DNA of 64,000 bases from Selaginella moellendorffii (lineage: Eukaryota; Plantae; Lycopodiophyta): positions 380,503 through 444,502 of the forward strand of contig NW_003314266.1 of assembly GCF_000143415.4 (NCBI RefSeq). Reading direction: 5' to 3'. The position numbers and the translations under genes were made by a program. Each line of letters begins with the position of its first letter. Positions within the stretch are counted from its first letter, which is position 1. Under the pieces are notes generated by a model. It did not search any database. It worked only from the letters and a program-made list of their open reading frames with translations, and was not told where the DNA came from. Below, in pieces: positions 13,186-24,810 of the stretch.

Positions 13186-13395
13186 CTTCAAGACACACCC
13201 AGTTTGTAACTTCGCCGCCAACTCCGCCGCCCACTCCGCCACCCACACGCAGCCCACTTGGCGTCCCGGGAGATTTCAGCACCACTCTCCAACTGTAAGT
13301 GGCAAAGTAGCCTTGCTGCTACGATCCGCTGCACACACAGTGCACATTCGCCAGCGAGTCCGGCCTCGATTGTCACGGCCTCCATTCGGCTTCAA

Positions 13396-16300
13396 ATGGT
13401 AAGTCTTTTAGACCAAGTAGAAAATGGCATGAGGCCATATGCCATTCAGTAGCAACATTGGCATGCACCGATTGGGCTCTCGAGTGCAGTCCGGTTACAG
13501 ATGGCGTGTAGCCTCACGCCATCTTAGGATGCAGCCTCAAGACATCTGATGCAGTGGTGAATGGCGTGTGGCCTCACGTTATTTCCAGCTGCTAGCTTTT
13601 CATCTGTCAGCTCTAATTGTTGTGCATTTCTGAACAGGCGAGGAATTGCGTTCTTCTTCCAGCCACTGTCAATGTGGATGCAGAGAAGGGGGAGGAGCTC
13701 ACCAGTTGGACTTTCGGGATGGAAGGCGAGGATCTGATGCTGTACAACACAGATGGTGGGAGAAAAGAATGCATGGGGATCCTCATCCAAGTGACAGACA
13801 CTCCATGCAGTTCCATGCAAGAATATGGACTGGCACTTGTGGTAGAGACAGCGTCCGCCTTCAAGATCCACCTTGCACATCCTAGCGGCTTCCCGGAGGG
13901 GGGCAGCGGCTATGAGGAATTCCTAGAGGGAGCTAGGGAGAGGTTGTCCAGGAGGCCCACAATTTCAAAGACGCTGCGGGTCTATGAAGATCACATGGAA
14001 TCCACGGACCTCACCTACGGCGATGTTCAAAAACTATATTCCAACATTGAGCCGTTGAGAGTGCCTCCAGTTTGCGAAGCGAAGGGGAAGGGGGTCGATC
14101 TGGAAACTACCCCGAAGCAGAAAAGGGTGGTCAAGCTCAAGCCGATGTCCGACTCTGCTGCTCCAAAAAAGAAGCTACTCGGTGATGCCATTGCCTCGGG
14201 TTCGAACACTACACCCACCAAAAAGAAGAGCCGCAAAGAGCAGAAAGAGCAAGAAGAGGCAGCAAAAATCGTCGCAGATAATAGTACTTGTTACTATTCC
14301 AACAAAGTATATACAATTGACGTGAGCCGTATCGACATCCAAAGCAAATACAACCACAGGCTAGTATCTGATGAGTGGGTGGAGAAACTGAAGCAGAAGA
14401 TGCTGGCAAGTCCAGTAACACCCGACATCGCAGACGTGATCCCCTACTACCGAACAATGAAGGGCGAGACGAGGTTTCCAGACTTGATCAATAGGAAGGT
14501 GTTGGACGATCAGAACATCCGGTTCTATGCCGTCTCCGGGCAGCATTCTAACTTGGCGATGCAAGAGATAGTTGTGGATATTATGGTGGGGGAGGAGGTG
14601 AAGAAAGTCTTCAAGACAAGAGTTGTCCGCCTGATAAAAGGCAACTCGCCCCTCCGATCTATCATATACATCTCCCACGCGCAGAATGTCAAGCAAGAAA
14701 CGTGCTACAAATCGGGTCTGCACGAGACATTGGCACGAACACGGAAGCTCTGGGTTCAACTGAAGAAGCCACAAAAACCAGGACAAGGACATGCACTAGC
14801 AACTAGCGCCTGGCAGGTAAGCCTCGTTGCATGTGGCATAGCATGTGGCCTCACGCCATTTCCATTGCAGGAATTCTCGAGTCTTCTCTCGAAAACACTG
14901 GGGGTCAATGACACACTCAGCATCCATAACATTCTACTCGCGACAAAAGTTGTTTTTGACAAATGGGTAGATGTGCTGAGGAGGTACCATGACGGGGAGT
15001 TGCTAAACTCAATGGGTGTGGAGGACGGCCGGAAGCCCAATGATTTGAAGCTCAACGCCTTGCGTTTCTCGCGGTCTCTAGACGACGACGACCTTCTGAC
15101 AGTGGCTAATGCTCTTCTACGTGGTGAGGTAGTCTTCAACAAGACCAAAATGACTCCCGGCCATATTGTGACATACGAGGACTTGTGCACGACTCTGAGA
15201 GCTCGTGCGCTATTGAAGGATTGGATCTTCGAGCAAGTGGCCGTGGCGAGGGTGAGCATCGACACCACGCAAGAGATGATGGAAGAGCTGGACTTGTCAA
15301 ATGAAGACATCGACGAGTACGTGAAGGGGGCCCCCAAGTTCATCGATCTGCTGCGGGATGCCACGAAAAGTAAAGCTGAGAAGTTGGATCAGTATCCAAA
15401 TTTCATTAAGAGGGATGTCGACTGCCGGCTTCAGAAACAGCTCGACCCCGCAGCAGAGGCCTATCGAGAACCTTACCGGGTATACGTGAATTCGGATGAG
15501 GATCAAAGGTGGAGGAGCATCGTTTCCCGCGGAGATGAGCAAGTCAAGAACATCTTTTGTGTGATGGACTTCACAAACGAGGAGATCACTCATGCAGACG
15601 AAGTCAGCTCCATCATTGACTTAATGGTGGGACTTGCGGAGGTGGAATCTTCAGTCCACTATATGATCTACGACTCCGAATCCTATCACAAGTTCTGGAA
15701 GGCCTTGAACGAGGTGAAGGCTCGGTTGAAAGGCAAGGAGATGCGGGAGATCCATGGGATAATGGCTAAGAAGAAGATACCGACGAATGTCCGCATCTTC
15801 ACAGTCGCCCTTGTTATTGGTCCTGCAGCAGAGTGGGACTGGAGTGACTTCCCAGCTTCGTTCAACAAAGCCGATCGAATTGATCTGAGGGAGGTCAATT
15901 TACCCGTGCCTGAGGAACTGAAGACGGCTATGGAGCTTTCGAATCCAAAGAAAGCTCCAGGTGCAGCATGGGAAATGCTCAGCTGGGTCTTCAACGCAAT
16001 AGCGGGTGACTCCAAGGGCAAATGCGTTGTCGAGTACAACTGCGGCGGACTATTCTTTCGAGCCGCACTACTCAAGGGTGTCCCGTGTGTTGCGGTGACA
16101 AACTCCATTGAAGAGGTGACTTCAATGGAGCATATAATTACAGTTGCCAAAGAAAAACAGTATCTTCTCTACGAACTTGGTGAGTACGCACTTTAAGTTT
16201 AAATGTTATCTCACAAGCTCTGTATGCAGGAGCGTGGCCACCCCCAGATGCTGAAACGGCGTTAACAGCTACTGATGTTAGGCCGAGGTCACAACCTGCA

Positions 16301-18999
16301 CAAGGTAAGGTCACGTGAGGCCTCACGCCATTTTGATTATAGATCGTTGTGAATATTCAGACACGAGGACTGAAAAGTGCACTGGTGGCGCGTCGAAGAA
16401 GGACAAACAGACAAGCAATAGGAAAAAAGGAGGTACAAATTATATTTGCAATGGCGTGTGGTCTCATGCCATTCCTTGCAGGAGACACTTCTTCAAAGGC
16501 AAAACAGGCAAGCATCAGCCAAGCTCAAACTGACAGTGGTCATAAAAAGCGAAAGCACGTTGGACAGTCGTCGGGATCAGAGGCGTTTGATTCGAAAAGG
16601 AAGAAGGGCAACGAAAAGATGATAGGTAATGCCGCGGTTATGGCGTGTGTGCTCATGCCATTCATTGCAGATCAAGGGCTGAGTGAAAGGAGCCAGTCAC
16701 CACCTTCTGACTCAGATTCCTATGGCGGACTCCCCTTCCCCAATCTCAATGGAGAGGTACAATGGATGAGGGATGCTTTTCAAGTCAGGGCCACATTTTT
16801 CTCATCTCGTCGTCTTCGAAAGGTGCAAGAACGTGCAGAAACCATGTTAAGACAGTCGGGTGAGGATACGGTCCTAGGTCACGCACTAAAACAGGCTATG
16901 GATGTCTTGTATTTTGAGATGGAGACTCGGCCAGATGATTTTCCCAAGATGGTCCTGGAAAAACAAGCCATCCAGCCTGAGCAGCCTATGGAAGAAATGC
17001 AAGAGGGGGATGAGGAGCCAGAGAAAGATAATGAGCAGGAAGAGCAGAAGGACGAAGAGGAGGACAAAGAAGAGGAGGACGAAGAAGAGGAGGATAAAGA
17101 AGAGGAGGACGAAGAGGACTTGGATGGTCCTCAAAATGGTGACGATCACAATAACGACGATGACGATGATGACGACGATGGCCAGCCTGAGGTGGCCAAA
17201 GAGCAGCGGAGGAAGGTCATACAAGACAAACCATCAGGTAAATAATAGTACATCCATTCCTAACCTTTTACCATTTCTAACATTGTCCATGTAGGTCGCA
17301 GAAGAAATGGTAAGTAGAGATTATTCAGTTGAATTAAAATACAAACTCTAGCCTTTAGTGTCGAGGAAGGATAGTGCCAAGCAAGGGTCGAAACGTATGT
17401 CCAATCCTTCAGAATCAACAGTGCGCCCAAGTGATATCGGTCCTAGTTCCTCAATAGCAGTTGATGGTAAATACAGTATAGTCGATTCAATGTGCTAATG
17501 AGTTTGTTTTTAGTAGCACGGGAGGATACCATCTCAATCGAAGGGAGATATTTGGACATGCATATGGATCCGCCAGTGGACTCTACTTGCCTGCAAGAGT
17601 CATCAGAGCTGGTGGAGGCTACTATCCATATCAACGCCAAGCAAGCTGACCACGCTCCACTTGATGCTGCCCATACCACTGAGTCAATCTTGTCCACGTA
17701 TCCAACTGACGGTGACCAGGTGCCATTGGACCCGCATGAGGCCGCCCCAGCTGCCGAGCCGGTCGTATCCTCATTTCCAACGTGTGCCCAATCGTCTGAC
17801 TACGCGCCGTTGGAACCTCCCTACACCGCCCCTGCTGCCTGTTTGGTCATGTCCACTTTGCCAACGGAGGCACCAGCTGAAATGGCGTGTGATCACACGC
17901 CATCGAAACCACCCCATGCCACTGTTGAGCCAGTTGTACCAGAGTCTACAGCTGAAATGGCATGTGCCCACACGCCATCGGATGCGATTGACCCCACATT
18001 GCAGAGGAGAGTATTTCCGCCCTTCACGTTTCCTCGACCAAAACCCTCTGAACGACCATCGGGAGCACCATTCGCTAATATTGTAGATGGTAAAATTGAC
18101 TTGTACCATTTTTTATGCTGACGCATTTCATTTCAGAGTCACGGCGAAAGTACTATATCGTTTTTGATCTGAACGGTGTCCTTTTCTCCCATGAGCGTGG
18201 CTCGTCCTCGAATGTCACTGCACCCTCCAAAGCCTGCGGTCGCAAGTTGGTCAAAAGAGACAGATTCACATTAATCACACGGGAGAAACTGCGGGATCTA
18301 ATAATGACCATGCGACACTTAAAACAGAGGGCCGGGTTCAATTTGCAATTGGGAGTTTGGACATCCATGATGCGCCACAATGCATTAACGTTGCTACAGA
18401 TGATGCACGATCAGACGCGAGTAATATTACCATTTGACTTTCTCCTAACGCAGGAGGATTGCTTGACTATGGTCCATGTGAGGGGTAGCAAGCCCATCTT
18501 CGTCAAGGCAGAGGCTGTAGTGATGAACCGGACTGCTAGGTCAAGTGAAATCCTCATCATCGATGACTCGCCGATTAAAACTGCAGCGAACACGCACACA
18601 TATGCAGTGCACCCCATCTCTTGCAGTATGGAAACTAGGGAGAAGAAACCGTATGTTCTGGGGGACCTTGCAAAACGGCTTGAAGCGATGGTGATAGAGA
18701 ACCGGCCAGTCCAGGAGGTGGTTGCAGAAATCAACCAAATGGCAGATGGAACGGTATATCAGAAGCCATTTGATCAGACAGACACCAGTCATCATTTATG
18801 GCATGTATATTGTCTAGCCAAGCACTATCCGCATCTCCATAATCTGCTCAACCGGATGGGTTCTTCGACCACTGAACATGAGCGTGGACGTATTAGAGAA
18901 GAGATGGCATTACTATTGGGTTTAAATCCTGATAGTGTGGAGAGTGATGAAATTCCAAGATTATTGTATAGGCGTTGGAGGCAAAAAATAACAGTCTGA
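13396..18999 (+). CDS. Multi-exon gene, about 1,636 aa: ParB/Srx-like domain, degenerate DNA-methyltransferase-like region, acidic linker, FCP1/NIF-type HAD domain
   Basis: Exons 13396-13398, 13638-14816, 14871-16179, 16230-16304, 16361-16432, 16482-16625, 16671-17237, 17295-17309, 17359-17466, 17514-18089 and 18137-18999 have GT-AG boundaries and join into one stop-free frame. Motifs: NHRLVSDEWVEKLKQKM...FYAVSGQHS (ParB-like); CVVEYNCGGLFFRAALLKGVPCVAV (MTase motif I-like); IVFDLNGVL, VWTS and ILIIDDSPIK (HAD/FCP1). Confidence 0.78.
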
Positions 19000-20939
19000 G
19001 ATGGCATGTATTTATTTAAAAATGTAACTTATTATGGCATGGGGTTCCATGCCATTGTATTAATATTAAAAGACAATTCTTTGAGAGGATTTGCATTATA
19101 CTAGAAGTGTTACAGCATGTTATTGGAAGTCTGCGAAGTTGTTTTATTAATAAGGGGAAAGTAAAGACTGAATGGGGACTTGGGCTCCACCTAGACTCGG
19201 AGCAACTGAGCCAATATTAAAAGGATGGAAAGAAATTGGATGACGATGACAAGGAGAAGAGAGAGGTGAAGCAGTGGCAGGGGGAGGAGAAGTGATTGAG
19301 TAGACATTTCCTTGTTTAAAATAAAATGGCATGTGCCTCAATGCAATTGAATTTTGTTATATTTATATACTATATAAAGGTTTGGAAACCTTATTTTACA
19401 AGTGGGATAATGACAATTCCCACTTTAACGAAATAGAGCTTATCCCCTTCTGTTCGGAACCTATACTACTAACAAGAGGTGGTAGCTCGAAGAAAATGTT
19501 GCGGATGGAAGCTCACTCACATGCCTATACAAAAACAAGTGCACGTCAATTGAGAGGCGTGAAAACTGGAAAGCATTGCTAATAGCTTTGAATATTGCTA
19601 AAGTTGGAGCTGGAGTTGGTGAATTCAGCATCGACACTAGCATGACTTCTCCACTTGAACTAAAAGAGGACGAGAGGATAACGACTAACTCTTGCTTCAC
19701 ATTCACTTTGGCTAGAGTGCATTTTAGCATTTTAACTGGAGATCCAAAAAACTCGAATCTCCTTCGACTTGGAATTCTATAAATCCCATTGTTGTCCACC
19801 CTCGCCTACACTAGAAAGAAGAAACTCCAAGTATGCAACTATACTGGTGTCGTTGCGAATCACAACCTCTAAAGAAATAGAGCCAAGACGAAGATCAAAA
19901 CGTCGACATAAAAAACTTTTAGAAACAATACTCTGAGAGAATGAAAGAGGTGGGTGATCTCAAAAATGAAGAAGAAACCTCTCTATCCTTCTCATTAAGT
20001 TTTGGAGTTCTCTCTCTTTATGGTACTTGTAAAAATCCATAGTGAAACATAATTGAAATTTAAATAGAGCAATAAGAAGACAACATACAAAATGAATTTA
20101 AATTCTATAGCAAATTTAACATGTGCAAGTGTGATAATATTAATATTACTGTTATTATGATGTCTGATGCATGTATACACATATATCCAAGGAAGGATTT
20201 TCAGCATGTGAAGTTTGATAGTTAATAATGATCCCAGTAATGACATTCTACTATAGCGTATCAAACCAAGAGATCCAATTTGACTGTCAGCACGTGTGAT
20301 ATGTCAAGTTGTCAAATTTTATGTGGTAGATGATAATAAATCTTGATAATAAATCTTGTCAAATCTTATTCTTCAATGACAGATTTGATTCGTAGTATAA
20401 CTCAAGTTTTATTCATAATTGTGAACACTGCTCAATGACATTTAAAACACGTGCCTATTGTTTAGGATCTAATATAACACAAAATAAATTTCTGGATGAG
20501 GATTCATCCATTCATAGATGGATATAGTACAATATATTTTAATGTGCCTTATTTATACTCTTTAAAGTTCTTGTAATGGTTCCAAAATATGTACAAAATG
20601 TTGATGAGAATGCATCCTTCCTAGATAATTTGTAAAATATAATATCATATCTCTAATAATAGAAATGTTGATAGGTGCTAGTTATATCATCATTAAACTA
20701 TACAAAATAAAGAAGCATAATTTACATATAATAATAACGATAAGATAAAATAAGATTGAAGATATTGTGATGGTTGAGATTTAGGTTATCCATAATGAAC
20801 GGCCAGGATGAGAGATTAGTTAGGGTTAGGGTAGCCATCAGGATTAGGGTTAGGGTAGCTGCCAAGATTAAGTTATTGTTCGCATCGTGAGTGCAGCACG
20901 CAAGAGATCAAGAGATTGAGCGCAAAGGAGATTGAGGGA

Positions 20940-22290
20940 TTGAATAACCTCGGCCCCTTGGGTGGCCAAACTACCTAAGGTCGAGTGCAGGCCAGCCACC
21001 TCGGGTGGCCAAACTGCCTGAGGTCAAGCTCGGGCCAGCCACCTCGGGTAGTTTCGCCTCCTGAGGGCCCGAGGTTATTTGAATAACCTCAGCCCCTCGG
21101 GTGGCCAAACTGCACGAGGTCGAGCGTGGGCTGGCCACCTTGGGCAGTTTGGTCGCCCAAGGGGCAAGGTTATTTGAATAACCTCGGCCCCTCGGGTGGC
21201 CAAACTGCCCGAGGTCAAGGTCAAGTCGGCCACCTCGGGCAGTATTGCTACGGTCATAACGACGGCCCCTTGGGTGGCCAAACTACCCAAGGTCAAGCTT
21301 GGGCTGGCCACCTCGAGCAGTTTTGCTACCCAAGGGGTCGAGGTTATTTGAATAACCTCGGCCCCTCGGGCGACCAAACTGCCTGAGGTGGCCGGCCCGC
21401 AGCCGACCTCGGGCAGTTTGGCCACCCAAAGGGCCGAGTTTATTCAAATAAGCTCGACCCCTTGGGTAGCAAAACTGCTCGAGGTGGCTGGCCCAAGCTC
21501 GACCTTAGGCAGTTTGGCCACCCAAGGGGCCGTGGTTATGACCTTAGGTAGTTTGGCCACCTGAGGGGCCGAAGTTATTCAAATAACCTCGGCCCCTCGG
21601 GTGGCCAAACTGCCCGAGGTCGAGTGCAGGCCGGCCACCTCGGGCAGTTTGGTCACCCGAGGGGCCAAGGTTATTTCAATAACTTTGGACCCTTAGGTGG
21701 CAAAATTGCCCAAGGTCCAGTGTGGGCTGGCCACCTCGGGCAGTTTGGTCGCCCGAGGGGCCGAGGTTATTTCAATAACCTCGGCCCCTCGGGTGGCCAA
21801 ACTGCCCAAGGTCAACTATGGGCTGGCCACCTCAGGCAGTTTTGCTGCCCGAGGGGCCAAGGTTATTTGAATAACCTCAGCCCCTTGGGTGGCCAAACTA
21901 CTAGAGGTCAACTGCAGGCCGGCCACCTTGGGCAGTTTGGTTACCTGAGGGGCCAAGGTTATTTGAATAACCTCGGCCCCTCGGGTGGCCAAATTGCCCG
22001 TGGTCGAGCGCGGGCCAGCCACCTCAGGTAGTTTTGCTGCCCGAGGGGCTGAGGTTATTTGAATAACCTCGGCCCCTCGGGTAGCCAAACTGCCCGAGGT
22101 CGAGCGTGGGCTGGCCACCTCGGGTAGTTTGGTCGCCCAATGGCCCGAAGGGCCGAGGTTATTTGAATAACATTGGCCCCTTAGATGGCCAAAGTGCCTG
22201 AGGTTGAGCCCGGGCCAGCCACCTCAAGCACTTTGGCTGCCTAGGGGCTAAGGTTATTTGAATAACCTTGGCCCCCTAAGCAACTAAAGT
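20940..22290. repeat. 96-bp foldback satellite (about 14 units, with one internally inverted block)
   Basis: The anchor AGGTTATT recurs at 21668, 21764, 21860, 21956 and 22052. Each unit is a 33-bp arm CCTCGGCCCCTCGGGTGGCCAAACTGCCCGAGG, an 18-bp loop, the inverted arm, and TTATTTGAATAA. Confidence 0.95.
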
Positions 22291-22529
22291 GTTCGAGGTT
22301 GAATGTAGGCCCACTTGATTTTTTTTTTCTCTTTGACTGTTTGAATTTCTTATTATCTTTATTTTGTTTGACTAAAAATTTTTCTCTTGCAAAAAAGGAA
22401 AATTGTAGCACATAGAAAGGTTGTTGGAGACAAGAAGACATGAGAAGTTCAATTCGGCACTGGCGACAAGATCACAATCGACATGTCTATTGGCACATCA
22501 ATAGATACATGTTTACTTAGAGATTCACT

Positions 22530-22745
22530 GCCTCCTCCCCCATCACCTCCACCATCACCACCTCCACCACTGCCATCACCACCTCCAGCACCACCACCAC
22601 CTCCTCCACCACCACCATCGCCACCGCCACCACCACCGTTGCCACCACCACTACCACTATTGCCTCTACCCTTGCCGCCACCGCCACCACCACCACCCCC
22701 ACCATCATCACTGCCACCTCCACCTTTACTCCTCACTAGCCCACC
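22530..22745. repeat. (CCA/CCT/CCG)n trinucleotide tract (poly-Pro)
   Basis: Directly visible. Confidence 0.9.
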
Positions 22746-24810
22746 ACTAGCGCAAATCCCTTAAGTTGGGCAATCTAGTGGTGTTCACGATAGGGAACCT
22801 GAGGAACAGCCTGGAACTGAAAGAGTTGCAAACCTTTCTGACAACGTGGTGGACAAGCACTTCCAAAAGACTGTTATGCGGACAAGGGAAAAAGCAGTTC
22901 ACCAAACACTTGAGGCGCTCAAGTAGCCAGGCCCTTGTGACTTGATAAGAGAAATCCCCTTTTACCATTTGCAGCAGATGAACCTTGTTTACATAGCATC
23001 CAAGTATGTCAACCCGGACATATATAGCTTGTTCAAACAGAATGGCTTTGCAACAAATATCAGTATGTGTCTAGTCTCTTTTTGCAAGCTAGGAACAATG
23101 AAGATCATTACCATCACACCCAAGATTATGAATAGCTGGGATCCTATTTGGAGGAGAAAGTCCCTGGAATTTGATGACATGCTTATCAAACATCCTGAGA
23201 CTCAACAACTTGCGGGGACAATGTTCCAAATTATTGACGGTAACCACCAATATGGAGCTTGGATGAAGTGAATCGACGATCATTTTCGTGATGATCCCAT
23301 CTACCATATCAACATTTCAATCGGCCTGTGTACGTGAGGGGACCTTTGGATGTTAATAGACTTATCTTGGCCTGCCAAAAGATCAATGCATAAATTTTAT
23401 AATTTTACCTCTAACTTCACTTTAACTTGTTTTGTCATGTTTAAATGCAAGCTTGGGCAGTTTGCTGTTCAAGAGCAAAACTTTGTCTATGACATTGAGC
23501 AACTACAATTTTTGGCAAACTTGACATCTGCCAACATTATGGTGATGATCTCGCAACACTTGTTTGGCACTCACGCATTCGAAATGACGGTACAACTTGG
23601 TTCAACAACCTAATCAGTTTTATGCTTGATGTATGGTGTAAGGTATGTCTTTCCCTTTTATTTTATAAAAGCCTCTTTTAATTGTTTTGGTTTTTAGCCT
23701 TTGGTGAAGGTCAAGCAAAATGCTTACGAACTTGCATATCCAGAGAAGAGTCGGGAAGAGTTCTCAGCTGAGTTCGTTCAAATTCAGCACAAAATTCAGC
23801 ATGCAAAATCCTCAAAGTTGAAGAAACTAGTATGCATAACAGACAATCGCAGGCCAAAGGAGTGGCTAGAGACTATAGCCGAAATTTCTTCTCATGAATA
23901 TAACTTTCTTATCTCACTTCATTTTTCTCAATTATGCATATGTTACTTTTGCAGTGAACAAAACTCCAGATGACATGATTTACAATATCGCAAAATCAAA
24001 ACTTTCATATAAGCAACAAATAGAGACTCTGGAGTTCCTCAATGTCTGCTTGATGAATAGAGAGAAAGGACTGCCAGAACTATTTGAGAATATAATGAGA
24101 AGGGCTGTCTACATCATGCAAACTATAAGTGAATGTGAGAAGTTCTTGGCACCACACATTAGTGACGATCCAAATGGCACATTCATATATTTCGACACCT
24201 ACATTAATACATCATTGGAAGGGATTGAAGAGGGGTGGCTGCCAAAAAAGTCTACAAGGACAACAACTTATGATTGCTAACATGGTCAGCCTTATTTCAT
24301 GCGATGTGTAGCTTACAGGTATAATATGATTTCTAAGACTTTTTTTAAATATATATTGTTTACAGGTATCTTTGATATAAAGGCATGCCATTTGAGGCAC
24401 TAGTTTGCACTCGACTTGTTACAAAGGGTGTAAGGGATGGAGGAATATACCCAACAATGTTTGTGAGAGTTCCGAAGGCATGGAAGATAGAATGCCCTTG
24501 GGAGTTGGAGCTCCTAGGGAAGGAGACCTTTACACTAGATCACGAGGAAGTTGTCAATACTAGCAATAATGGCAATGCAAGTGACGATGGAGATGGGGAT
24601 AAGGAAGCTCCAGATCAAGTTCATGTTCCACCACCAAACAGCCAGGATCAAGCTCCAATTCAACTATCAAACAACCATGATTCGGATCAAGTTCTACCAG
24701 TAAATAATGATGATCAAGTGGTTCATAGAATATCACGTCGACCACAAGGTAAGCAAAAGTGAATTTTACAAACTAAAGGTGGTAATACATGTTTTTTGCA
24801 GCAATGACAA

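Larger units (their letters stand above)
4266..19347. repeat. Dispersed 22-bp palindrome family ATGGCRTG-N6-CAYGCCAT (about 28 copies)
   Basis: Copies read at about 4266, 4582, 4671, 5078, 5269, 5429, 5575, 6917, 6974, 8810, 8880, 8978, 9593, 9665, 12272, 12351, 12510, 12645, 13424, 13501, 13561, 14838, 16310, 16451, 16640, 17882, 17957, 19034, 19326; several are degenerate or partial. 8881-8900 (TGGCATGAGGCCTCATGCCA) and 17882-17903 (ATGGCGTGTGATCACACGCCAT) are perfect palindromes. Confidence 0.95.

Noticed and set aside
4266-19347. Palindromes as CRISPR repeats or MITEs
   Set aside because: Spacing is irregular (tens of bases to kilobases), and I saw no consistent TSD or shared longer body.
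19147-19900. Possible degraded minus-strand gene
   Set aside because: Coding-like but fragmented, with no assignable motif.
20940-22290. CRISPR-like repeat-spacer array
   Set aside because: The loops are degenerate copies of each other rather than unique spacers, there are no cas genes, and the context is eukaryotic.
22449-22736. Glycine-rich or extensin-like gene
   Set aside because: A trinucleotide tract, better read as the N-terminus of the downstream pseudogene.
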